A stretch of DNA of 64,000 nucleotides from Hyphomicrobiales bacterium (GTDB lineage: Bacteria > Pseudomonadota > Alphaproteobacteria > Rhizobiales > Aestuariivirgaceae): NCBI GenBank assembly GCA_026982665.1, contig JALSGQ010000037.1, positions 11,762 to 75,761 on the forward strand, written 5' to 3'. Below the pieces are notes generated by a model. It worked only from the letters and a program-made list of their open reading frames with translations, ran no database searches and had not been told where the DNA came from. Positions 51,865 to 60,484 of the stretch are shown here, one piece after another (within the stretch, counting starts at the first letter, position 1; each line of letters begins with the position of its first letter). The translations under genes and the position numbers were made by a program.

Positions 51865-53313
51865 ATGGAACACGACGGCATGAGCATGTGGAGCACATTC
51901 GCACCGGCACTGCCGGAAATGGTGCTGGCGGTCATCAGCATGGGGCTGCTGATGCTGGGCGTCTTCTTCCGCCACCGCACGGTGGAGCTGGTGAACACGC
52001 TGGCCGTGGTGGGACTGGCGGTGGTGGCCGTGCTGGTGCTGATGAGCGGCAGCGGCACCGTGGAGGCCTTTGGCGGCGTGTTCGTGGTGGATGCCCTGGC
52101 GCGGGTGATGAAGCTGCTGGTGCTGTTTGCCACTGCTGTTGCCATCATCATGTCCGTGCAGTTCCTGCGCTGGGAGCGCATCGAGCGCTTCGAATATGCG
52201 GTGCTGATGCTGCTGGCAGCGCTGGGCATGATGGTAATGATCTCGGCCAACGGGCTGATTGCGCTGTACCTGGGGCTGGAGCTGCAGTCGCTGGCGCTTT
52301 ACGTGCTGGCGGCGATGAACCGCGAGTCCGGGCGCTCGTCGGAGGCCGGCATGAAGTATTTCGTGCTGGGCGCGCTGGCGTCGGGCCTGATGCTGTATGG
52401 TGCCTCGCTCATCTACGGCTTTGCCGGGGCCACCACCTACGCAGCCATTGCCGAGGCGCTGAAGGGCGGCGAGAACATTGGCGTCATTGTCGGGCTGGTC
52501 TTCCTGCTGGCGGGGCTGGCATTCAAGATTTCCGCCGTGCCCTTTCACATGTGGACGCCGGACGTGTATGAAGGCGCGCCGACGCCGGTTACCGCCTTCT
52601 TCTCCGCCGCGCCCAAGCTGGCGGCGATGGCGGTGATCCTGCGCGTGCTGTATGAGGCCTTTCCCGGCGTCAGCGACCAGTGGCGGCAGGTGGTGGTGTT
52701 CATGGCCATTGCGTCGATGCTGCTGGCGGCCTTCGCCGGCGTGGTGCAGAAGAACATCAAGCGCCTGCTGGCCTATTCCTCCATCGGCCACATGGGCTTT
52801 GCCCTCATTGGCGTGGCGGCAGGCGGGCCGGAAGGCCTGCGCGCCACGGTGTTCTACCTCATCATCTACCTGCTGCTGACCATTGGCACCTTCGCCATCG
52901 TCATCGCCATGCGGCGTGATGGCCGCGCGGTGGAGGAAATAGAGGATTTCGCCGGGCTGGCCAGCACCAACCCCGGCATGGCCTTCGGCCTGGGGGCAAT
53001 GATGTTCGCGCTTGCGGGCATTCCGTGGCTGGCCGGTTTCTTTGCCAAGTATTTCGTGCTGGTGGCGGCCATCCGTGCCGACCTGGTGGTGCTGGCCATC
53101 ATCGGCGTGCTGGCATCGGTGGTGGCGGCCTTCTATTACCTGCGCGTGGTGAAGGTGATGTATTTCGACGAACCGAAGGGGGCGGTTTCTGCCATGCCGT
53201 TCGAGCTGAAGCTGGTGGCGACCCTTTCGGTGGTGTTTGCGCTGGCCTACGTCATCTGGCCACAGCCCATCGTGCAGATGGCGCAGGCGGCCATTCGTCC
53301 GCTCATCCAGTAG
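51865..53313 (+). CDS. nuoN: NADH-quinone oxidoreductase subunit N
   Basis: Motifs: LGLELQSLALYVLAA, KISAVPFHMWTPDVYEGAPTPVTAFFS. Alternative start at 51880. Confidence 0.92.
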   Translation: MEHDGMSMWSTFAPALPEMVLAVISMGLLMLGVFFRHRTVELVNTLAVVGLAVVAVLVLMSGSGTVEAFGGVFVVDALARVMKLLVLFATAVAIIMSVQFLRWERIERFEYAVLMLLAALGMMVMISANGLIALYLGLELQSLALYVLAAMNRESGRSSEAGMKYFVLGALASGLMLYGASLIYGFAGATTYAAIAEALKGGENIGVIVGLVFLLAGLAFKISAVPFHMWTPDVYEGAPTPVTAFFSAAPKLAAMAVILRVLYEAFPGVSDQWRQVVVFMAIASMLLAAFAGVVQKNIKRLLAYSSIGHMGFALIGVAAGGPEGLRATVFYLIIYLLLTIGTFAIVIAMRRDGRAVEEIEDFAGLASTNPGMAFGLGAMMFALAGIPWLAGFFAKYFVLVAAIRADLVVLAIIGVLASVVAAFYYLRVVKVMYFDEPKGAVSAMPFELKLVATLSVVFALAYVIWPQPIVQMAQAAIRPLIQ

Positions 53314-53332
53314 GGCTGTCAGCGGGTGATCC

Positions 53333-53890
53333 TCACCGCTCTTCCTGCCAGCGCAGCAGGTGGCTGTTGCAGCTGCTGCAGTCGGAACTGCCGAAACCGG
53401 GAAGGGGATGGCTGAAGCCGGCATTCAGCAGCAGGCTGGCGAGTTGGCATTCGCTGGTGTTGCTTTCCGGTTCGGGGGGCGGCACAGGTTCAGGCTGGTG
53501 CTCTGCTCCGGATTGCAGCTTGTGCGCCGGCTCGGGGGCATCAGGGAAGGGCAGGGCGCAGATGAAGCCGGAGCGGGTGGTGAGCTGATCCACATGCCAG
53601 CGGATCTTCTTGCGCCGCTTCAGGTGGCGGGAGAGGCGGGCGCGCAAGCCGCCGGGGCCGCGGGCGCTGCCGGCGTAGAGGTAGTGGCCGGGGGGCAGGG
53701 TGTGGCCGCGAAAGCGGCCCGAGAGTGGCAGGTCTTCATCCCATTTCATCAGCAGAAGGTAGGTTCCGGGCGCTGCAGGCAGGGTGGTTGCCTGCCGTGG
53801 CAGGATGGGTGCGGGCAGGTGTGGCAGTGCGCGTTGCAGGGCATGCAGCAGCGCGGTGGGGATGTGCTCGTGGTGTGGTTGCTGCCTCAT
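53333..53890 (-). CDS. DUF123-like protein (GIY-YIG / Uri nuclease superfamily)
   Basis: Motifs: GTYLLLM, PPGHYLYAGSARGPGGLRARLSRHLKRRKKIRWHVDQL, ECQLASLL, GFGSSDCSSCNSHL. The 3' end lies 19 nt from the nuoN stop, in convergent orientation. Confidence 0.65.
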   Translation of the reverse strand: MRQQPHHEHIPTALLHALQRALPHLPAPILPRQATTLPAAPGTYLLLMKWDEDLPLSGRFRGHTLPPGHYLYAGSARGPGGLRARLSRHLKRRKKIRWHVDQLTTRSGFICALPFPDAPEPAHKLQSGAEHQPEPVPPPEPESNTSECQLASLLLNAGFSHPLPGFGSSDCSSCNSHLLRWQEER

Positions 53891-53934
53891 GGTTTTCTGA
53901 TATACCCCGAAGAAGTGAACAGGGGGAGATGAAC

Positions 53935-54594
53935 ATGGGCAAATATGCACCCTTGACGCGCTTTCTGCGCCAGCAACAGCCGTCGCGCATCACGCTGCGG
54001 TTTGCCGAGCTGGAGGAGATCCTGGGGTTCTCGTTGCCCGAGTCGGCTTTCAAGTATCCGTCGTGGTGGAACAATTCGGCATTGAAGCAGTCCCAGGTGA
54101 AGGGATGGCGGGATGCCGGATGGGAGGTGCGCGAGGCTGACTTGCGCGGGCGCAAGGTTACGTTCGTGCGGGTGAGCGGTGAGCCGGTGGCTGCTGCCGG
54201 CAGCGGGCAGAAGCAGCCTGCAGGCGTGGCGGCTGGCGCAGGAGGTGGGTTTGCCTCCCGGGCTGGGGCTGGTGCAGTGAGGGAAAGCGTGGCGGACAGG
54301 GGCGCACGCCCGGCAGCTGGCCGACTGGCAGGCGGGCGTTCGGCCTCTGCGTCCGGGCAGGGCAGTGCATTGGCGGCGGCGGTGGACATGGCGCGGTTGC
54401 CGGCAGCGGTGCGGCGGGTGCTGGAGGTGCGTGCGGCGCGGCATGGCCGGGCAGTTGGCGAGGAAGTGGAGGCGCTGCTGCGCGCGGTGATGGCGGAGGA
54501 GCGGGCAGCGCTGTTGACAGAGCTGGCGAAGGTGCGGACACGCACGCAGCGGCCGGGGGCGTTCGACATGCTGGAAGTGCTGGGGCGGAAGTAG
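53935..54594 (+). CDS. three-part putative antitoxin: conserved N-terminal domain, low-complexity linker, C-terminal RHH (FitA/VapB-like)
   Basis: N-terminus: MGKYAPLTRFLRQQQPSRITLRFAELEEILGFSLPESAFKYPSWWNN. A Gly/Ala/Ser linker follows. C-terminus: LPAAVRRVLEVRAARHGRAVGEEVEALLRAVM. The stop is 1 nt before the PIN-like gene. Confidence 0.5.
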   Translation: MGKYAPLTRFLRQQQPSRITLRFAELEEILGFSLPESAFKYPSWWNNSALKQSQVKGWRDAGWEVREADLRGRKVTFVRVSGEPVAAAGSGQKQPAGVAAGAGGGFASRAGAGAVRESVADRGARPAAGRLAGGRSASASGQGSALAAAVDMARLPAAVRRVLEVRAARHGRAVGEEVEALLRAVMAEERAALLTELAKVRTRTQRPGAFDMLEVLGRK

Positions 54595-54595
54595 C

Positions 54596-55018
54596 ATGCT
54601 GGTGGTGGATGGAACGGTTTTGCTGGCTTGCGTGGTGGAAACGCCCTTTTCCTCGGCTGCCGCTGCGCTGCTGGAAGAGGTGGTGGGCGATGCTGCATTG
54701 CTGGTGCCGCAGGCGGCCCTGGTGGAGGCACTGGAGGGCGCGCGGCGGCTGGTGCAGCTGGGGCACATGGCAGCGGAAGACATGGCGCAGCTGCCGAAGC
54801 TGCTGATGCCACTGGCGGAAGTGCTGGCGGCGGATGCGCCATTGCTGGAGGAGGCGGCGCAACTGGCACTGATGCATGCACTGGTCATACCTGCGGCACT
54901 GGCGCTGGCCCTGGCGCAGCGGCGTGGTGCACGGCTGGCGACGGTGGATGCGCGGCTGGCCGAGGTGGCGCGGCAGGTGCTGGGAGCAGAGCGCGTGGTG
55001 TGCGTGAAGGCAGGTTGA
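54596..55018 (+). CDS. PIN-domain (VapC-like) protein, possibly degenerate
   Basis: Starts MLVVDGTVLL and ends ARLATVDARLAEVA. The position normally holding the third acidic residue (yDA.YlalA) reads IPAALALALA. Confidence 0.5.
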   Translation: MLVVDGTVLLACVVETPFSSAAAALLEEVVGDAALLVPQAALVEALEGARRLVQLGHMAAEDMAQLPKLLMPLAEVLAADAPLLEEAAQLALMHALVIPAALALALAQRRGARLATVDARLAEVARQVLGAERVVCVKAG

Positions 55019-55231
55019 GATGTGCGCCGGGATATCTGGCAGCCTGAGAGGCTTGCACCATGTTGCAATGGCTGCCAGAGGATTCTGTGTTCATGGCATG
55101 CCGTTGTTTTCCCCTGCCGGTGCATGGCATGGTTGAATGCCGTGTGAGGGCAGGATAGATTCCGCCTGGCTGCGGTGTTTGGCAGCCTGATTCCGCCAGC
55201 ATGGCGGATTCTGTAGCGAGGGGGCAGCGGG

Positions 55232-56434
55232 ATGCAAGGGCATCATCGGCTTTCAACGTTTGCGGCATTCCTGCATGATGGCGTGCGGGCCGTGGCGCTG
55301 ACGGGGGTGTTCGTCGTGCTGCTGCTGGCGCTGACGGGGGTGGCGATGGCGCAGTCGTTTCAGACGAAGGCGCGCAATGTCATCCTGCTGGATGCCGAAT
55401 CAGGGCAGATCTTCTACGAGAAGAAGGCCGATGACCTGATCCCTCCCGCCAGCATGAGCAAGATCGTTACCATGCTGCTGGTCTTCGACCTGCTGAAGCG
55501 CGGCAAGCTGGCGGAAGATGACGAGTTCGAGGTTTCCACCGATGCCTGGCGGCGGGGTGGTGCACCTTCCGGTGGATCCACCATGTATGCCAAGCCGGGG
55601 GAGCGCATCAAGCTTGTTGATCTGATGCGCGGTGTCATCATCGTATCGGCCAACGATGCAGCCATTGCCATTGCCGAAGGCGTGGCTGGCTCGGAAGAGG
55701 CCTTTGCGCAGATGCTGAACAAGTATGCGCGCGTCATTGGCCTGAGCAAGTCGCGATTTGCCAATGCCACCGGCCTGCCGCACCCGCAGCACCGCATGAC
55801 GGCGCGCGAGCTGGCGCTGGCAGCGCGGCATCTGATCCGGCACTTTCCGGAATATTACAAGCTCTACTCGGAGCGCGAGTTCACCTGGAACGGCATCAGG
55901 CAGCACAACCGCAATCCACTGTTGGGGCGCTATCCCGGTGCGGATGGCGTGAAGACAGGCTATACGCGCGAGGCCGGTTATTCGCTGGTGGCCTCGGCAA
56001 AGCGTGATGGGCGGCGGCTGATTGCCGTCATCACCGGCCTGCGCTCGAAGCGGGCGCGGGCGGAGGAAGCGCGCAAGATACTGGACTGGGGTTTTCGCCA
56101 GTTCAGGCCGGTGCGGTTGTTTCGCGATGGCGAGACGGTTACCAGGGTGCGCGTCTGGGGTGGCGACAAGGACTTCGTGCCGGTGGTGGTGCCGGAAGAC
56201 ATCATGGTGCGGCTGACCGATGCGGAGCGGCGCAAGGCGCGGCTGATGGCCAGGGTGAAGGCGCCGCTGGTGGCACCGGTGAAGGCGGATGAACCCATTG
56301 GAGAGCTGCACGTGCTGGTGGGGGAGCGCACGGTGGCGCGATATCCGCTGATGACCGGCGAGGCAGTGGCCGAGGACGAGAGCATGTGGGGGCGGGCGCT
56401 GGATACGCTGAAGGCGTGGGGGCTGGGGGGCTGA
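55232..56434 (+). CDS. D-alanyl-D-alanine carboxypeptidase (S11 penicillin-binding protein)
   Basis: Signal/TM segment, SxxK motif (PASMSKIVT), SxN motif (IVSANDAA), KTG motif (GVKTGYT), and a C-terminal PBP5-type domain. Confidence 0.88.
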   Translation: MQGHHRLSTFAAFLHDGVRAVALTGVFVVLLLALTGVAMAQSFQTKARNVILLDAESGQIFYEKKADDLIPPASMSKIVTMLLVFDLLKRGKLAEDDEFEVSTDAWRRGGAPSGGSTMYAKPGERIKLVDLMRGVIIVSANDAAIAIAEGVAGSEEAFAQMLNKYARVIGLSKSRFANATGLPHPQHRMTARELALAARHLIRHFPEYYKLYSEREFTWNGIRQHNRNPLLGRYPGADGVKTGYTREAGYSLVASAKRDGRRLIAVITGLRSKRARAEEARKILDWGFRQFRPVRLFRDGETVTRVRVWGGDKDFVPVVVPEDIMVRLTDAERRKARLMARVKAPLVAPVKADEPIGELHVLVGERTVARYPLMTGEAVAEDESMWGRALDTLKAWGLGG

Positions 56435-56508
56435 GCGTTCGTGCCCCTGTGCTGTGCTTGCTGGCTGGCATGGTCTGCCCGGCGGCGTGATGCCCGGAGG
56501 TGAGAAGA

Positions 56509-57177
56509 ATGCAAGGGGTGTTCATCACCTTCGAGGGCGGCGAGGGCGCGGGCAAGTCCACGCAGGTGCGGCTGTTGGCGGAGCGTGTTCGTGCGCTCGG
56601 GCGGGAGGTCATTACCACGCGCGAGCCGGGCGGCACGGAGATGGCCGAGCGCATCCGTGCATTGCTGGTGAATGGCGAGCCGGAAGCGCTGTCTTCCACA
56701 GCAGAGGCATTGCTGAACTACGCGGCGCGGGATGATCATCTGCGCCAGGTCATCCGTCCGGCGCTTGCGCGCGGTGCAGTGGTGATTTCCGATCGGTTTC
56801 ATGATTCCACCCGCGCCTATCAGGCCTATGCCGGGAATTGCCCGCTGACGCTGGTAAAGGCGCTGGAGCGTGATGTGCTGGTCGATACGTGGCCGCAGCG
56901 CACCATCATCCTGGACATCGACCCGGAGCAGGGGCTGGGGCGCACGCGGCAACGCATGGGGCAGCAGGGGAGAGGAGCAGAGGCGGCGGAAGATCGCTTC
57001 GAGCGGTTCGGCCTGGCGTTTCATCAGAAGCTGCGACAGGCTTTCCTGCGCATTGCGCAGGAGAATCCGCAGCGCTGCGTAATCATCAGCGCGGCACGCC
57101 CGGTGGAGGAGGTGGCGGCGGACGTGTGGGCGGTGGTGCATCCGCTGCTGCAGCCCGAGGATGCGGGAGCGGCATGA
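56509..57177 (+). CDS. tmk: dTMP (thymidylate) kinase
   Basis: Motifs: MQGVFITFEGGEGAGKSTQ, TREPGGT, SDRFHDSTRAYQ. Confidence 0.92.
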   Translation: MQGVFITFEGGEGAGKSTQVRLLAERVRALGREVITTREPGGTEMAERIRALLVNGEPEALSSTAEALLNYAARDDHLRQVIRPALARGAVVISDRFHDSTRAYQAYAGNCPLTLVKALERDVLVDTWPQRTIILDIDPEQGLGRTRQRMGQQGRGAEAAEDRFERFGLAFHQKLRQAFLRIAQENPQRCVIISAARPVEEVAADVWAVVHPLLQPEDAGAA

Positions 57178-58238
57178 GCAAGGCTGACGACAGGCTGGAA
57201 GAGCGCATTCTGCTGCCCGGCAGGCAGGCGCGGCTGCTGGGGCATGAGCAGGCGCGGGAGGAGATCCTGCACGCCTTTGCGACGGGGCGGGCGCATCATG
57301 GCTGGCTCATCTCCGGTGCGCCGGGGGTGGGCAAGGCGACGCTGGCGTGGCACGTGGCGCGGCTGCTGCTGGCGCTGCCGGGCGAGCGCATCGCGGAAGC
57401 GCCGGAGCAGGGCATTGGCCCGGAGCATCCGGTGTTTCAGCAGATGCTGGCGGGAGCGCATCCGGACTTCTTCCTGCTCAGACGGCAGCGCGACCGGTCG
57501 AAGCGGCTGCGCGCCGGCATCGTGGTGGAGGATGCGCGGGCGCTGGGGCATTTCCTGTCGCTGAAGTCGGCCAGCGGCGGGCGGCGGGTGGTGATGATCG
57601 ACGTGGCGGACGAGATGAATGCATCGGCCGCCAATGCCATCCTGAAGCTGCTGGAAGAGCCACCGCCGAACACCTTCTTCTTTCTGCTGGCGCATGCGCC
57701 GGGGCGGCTGCTGCCGACCATCCGCTCGCGCTGCCTGCATGTGCCCCTGTCTCCCTTGCCTGAAGAGGAGGTGATGGAGGCGCTGCGCTGCGGTGCGGCA
57801 GAACTGCTGGAAGATGTGGACGATGCGCTGCTGCGGGCGGCAGTGGCAATGAGTGGCGGCAGCGCAGGGCGGGCGCTGGATCTTGCCGGCAGCAAGGCGC
57901 TGGAGCTGTGGCGGGAAACGGAGCAGGCACTGGCAGCGCGCGAGGCGCGGCGGCTGGCGGATGTGGTGGAGCGGGTGAGCACGGCGCTGGCAACGGCCGA
58001 TGCGCGGGCCGATCTGGCGCTGTTCCTGCAACTGGCCGATGCATGGGCGCGGCAGTGCATGCGGCAGGCGGCGGAAAATGGCGATGCGGCACGGGCAGCG
58101 CGCTGGGCGGAGGTGCTGTCAGGGGTGCAGGAGCGGCGGCGGATGCAGGAAGCGGTGAACCTGAACGCACGGCAACTGCTGGCGGGCGTGCTGGGGGCGC
58201 TGGCGACGGCCAGCCGCGAAGCTGCCACCGTGGCCTGA
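57174..58238 (+). CDS. holB: DNA polymerase III subunit delta'
   Basis: ATGA overlap with tmk. Motifs: HHGWLISGAPGVGKATLA, VVMIDVADEMNASAANAILKLLEEPP, LPTIRSRC. Confidence 0.85.
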   Translation: MSKADDRLEERILLPGRQARLLGHEQAREEILHAFATGRAHHGWLISGAPGVGKATLAWHVARLLLALPGERIAEAPEQGIGPEHPVFQQMLAGAHPDFFLLRRQRDRSKRLRAGIVVEDARALGHFLSLKSASGGRRVVMIDVADEMNASAANAILKLLEEPPPNTFFFLLAHAPGRLLPTIRSRCLHVPLSPLPEEEVMEALRCGAAELLEDVDDALLRAAVAMSGGSAGRALDLAGSKALELWRETEQALAAREARRLADVVERVSTALATADARADLALFLQLADAWARQCMRQAAENGDAARAARWAEVLSGVQERRRMQEAVNLNARQLLAGVLGALATASREAATVA

Positions 58239-58449
58239 GGGCATGGCCCGGAGCGCGGCCTGAAGGCATGTTCCCTCCTTTTCTCTCGAAACCGTGATGT
58301 CGGCCGGCGACGGATTGCGGCGGGGTTGTCCGTATGGGGAATGACCGTGCGGAAAAGCAGCTTCCCCCGGCCTTTCCCGCGCGGTCGGGCGGGCAGGCGG
58401 CAATGGGCCGCCTTGCCTGATCTCCATGCAGAAAAGAGGAGACCTGACC

Positions 58450-59232
58450 ATGAATGCGAATGCTCTTGCCATGAAGACCTTCGGGCGCAGAATGGCGGTG
58501 GTGCTGGCTGGCATCGGGCTTGTCGGTGGCGTGGCGGCCGTGGCGGCGCAGGCGGCGGGTGGCCATGCCGGAGGCGGGCCGAAGTTCGCGATGCTGAAGC
58601 TGGAGCGCTTCGATGCCGATGGTGATGGCATCATCACCCGGCAGGAGGTGCAGCAGGCGCGCAAGGCGCGGTTCGGCAGCATGGATGCCAATGGCGACGG
58701 CAAGGTGGAGGCGGCGGAGCTGGATGCCGCCATCATGAAAAAGCTGGAGCGCCGGAAGGTGCGCATGCGCTATCAGCTGCTGGGGCGGCTGGATGCCGAT
58801 GGCGATGGCGTGATCAGCCGCAAGGAGTTCATGCAGGCCGGGCTGGGGGTGTTCCGCAAGGCCGATGCCGACGGTGACGGCAGGCTGACGCGGCAGGAGC
58901 TGCTCAGGTGGCGCGGCGGTGGTCGTGGGGGTGGTCATGGCGCCGGCATGGGCATGATGGGCGGCGGCATGATGAACCCGGCCATGATGCAGCAGATGCG
59001 CCAGATGCACATGCAGATGATGCGCGGAATGATGGGCGGCATGCAGGGCGGCATGATGCAGAATGGCATGATGCAGAATGGCATGATGCAGGGTGCCGGT
59101 GCGGGCATGCAGCGCCCGATGCATGGGCAGCAGGGGAAGGGTGGCCCCGGCATGATGCGACCCGGCACCGGAGGAGCGCAGCAGGGCATGCCGATGAAGA
59201 TGCAGGACGCACGGCCTGCCGGACAGCGTTGA
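58450..59232 (+). CDS. secreted EF-hand calcium-binding protein with Met/Gly/Gln-rich C-terminal tail
   Basis: Signal peptide MKTFGRRMAVVLAGIGLVGGVAAVAAQA. Four DxDxDG loops: DADGDGIITRQE, DANGDGKVEAAE, DADGDGVISRKE, DADGDGRLTRQE. A tail of about 95 aa has repeated GMMQN. An upstream ATG at 58426 is possible. Confidence 0.75.
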   Translation: MNANALAMKTFGRRMAVVLAGIGLVGGVAAVAAQAAGGHAGGGPKFAMLKLERFDADGDGIITRQEVQQARKARFGSMDANGDGKVEAAELDAAIMKKLERRKVRMRYQLLGRLDADGDGVISRKEFMQAGLGVFRKADADGDGRLTRQELLRWRGGGRGGGHGAGMGMMGGGMMNPAMMQQMRQMHMQMMRGMMGGMQGGMMQNGMMQNGMMQGAGAGMQRPMHGQQGKGGPGMMRPGTGGAQQGMPMKMQDARPAGQR

Positions 59233-59354
59233 TGGCGTGGCTGCCATCGGGCTTGCAGATGTGAAAGCAGGGCGCGATGATGCGCGAGGGAACAGGATCA
59301 CGACTGGTGGTGGCGGCCTCCGGGCCGTCATCACCCGGCTTGCGCGGGCGCGGG

Positions 59355-59978
59355 ATGGAGCCGGAAGCGTCGGATGAGGAGTTGATGCAGGCCGTGGCCG
59401 GCGGCGACGGCGAGGCCTTCGCCGTTCTGCTGCGGCGGCATCTGCCGACGGTGCGGGCCATCGGCTGGCGCATGCTGGGCAGCGCCGAGGCGGCGGATGA
59501 CCTGGCGCAGGAGGTGTTCCTGCGCATCTGGCAGGCACCGGAGAAGTTCGATGCCGGGCGCGGGCCTTTCAGGCACTGGCTGGCGCGGGTGGGCGCCAAT
59601 GCCGCCATTGACCGGCTGCGCGAGCGCAAGGTGCAGTCGCTGGATGACGATGCTGATGGCGGCGGGCAGGCGTTGGCGGATACCCTGGCCGATCCGCAGC
59701 CCGATCCGGAGGCGCAGGCAGTGCGGGTGCAGCATCTGCGCAGGCTGCGGGAGGCGGTGGCGCGGCTGCCGGAGCGCCAGCGGCTGGCCATCTCGCTGGC
59801 CCATGACTTGGGGCATGGCAACATGGAGATCGCGGAGATCATGGGTGTTTCCGTGGAGGCGGTGGAGTCGCTGCTGGCGCGGGCACGGCGCACGCTGAAG
59901 GAACGGCTGCGGCAGGAGCTGGTGGACGCCTCGGCATCACGCAGCACGGCGAGCAGGCACGAGGACGGCGCAAGATGA
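59355..59978 (+). CDS. ECF-type RNA polymerase sigma-70 family factor
   Basis: Region 2: DDLAQEVFLRIWQAPEKFD and RHWLARVGANAAIDRLR. Region 4: LPERQRLAISLAHDLGHGNMEIAEIMGVSVEAVESLLARARRTL. Confidence 0.85.
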   Translation: MEPEASDEELMQAVAGGDGEAFAVLLRRHLPTVRAIGWRMLGSAEAADDLAQEVFLRIWQAPEKFDAGRGPFRHWLARVGANAAIDRLRERKVQSLDDDADGGGQALADTLADPQPDPEAQAVRVQHLRRLREAVARLPERQRLAISLAHDLGHGNMEIAEIMGVSVEAVESLLARARRTLKERLRQELVDASASRSTASRHEDGAR

Positions 59979-60484
59979 GCGGACAGGTGGACAGGATGGA
60001 GATATCGGCTTTCCGGCGGCTGCTGGATGTGCATGGCTCCGACATGGCACGCTGGCCGGAAGAGGCTCGGGTGCAGGCGCAGGCGCTGCTGTTGTCTGAT
60101 GCGCGGGCGCGCCGCCTGCTGGCCGAGGCGCGGGCGCTGGAAGACCTGCTGCGCGCCGATGCGCCGCCGCCGGAAGGTGATCTGGCGCAGCGCATCATGG
60201 CGCGCGTCATGGCTGGTGATGCGGTGCAACAAGGGGGAGAGATGACGCAGGGCCGGCAGCCGGTATCCGTCAGGCGGGTGCGGGATCATCGGCGGCGGCG
60301 GATGATGACGCCGTGGTGGGCGGCGGCGCCGCTGGCGGCATCGCTGCTGCTGGGGGTGTGGCTGGGGCTTTCCGGTGCGCTCGCTCCGGTGGAGCAGGTG
60401 TTGCTGGCCGATGCGGCGGATGACCTGGCGTTCATCATGGAGGTGGCGGCACCGGCGGAGGAAACGGAAGGAGAGCTGTTGTGA
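59975..60484 (+). CDS. putative anti-sigma factor (single-pass membrane protein)
   Basis: ATGA overlap with the sigma gene. Helical N-terminal domain, one TM (WWAAAPLAASLLLGVWLGL). The position is typical of a cognate anti-sigma. Confidence 0.5.
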   Translation: MSGQVDRMEISAFRRLLDVHGSDMARWPEEARVQAQALLLSDARARRLLAEARALEDLLRADAPPPEGDLAQRIMARVMAGDAVQQGGEMTQGRQPVSVRRVRDHRRRRMMTPWWAAAPLAASLLLGVWLGLSGALAPVEQVLLADAADDLAFIMEVAAPAEETEGELL

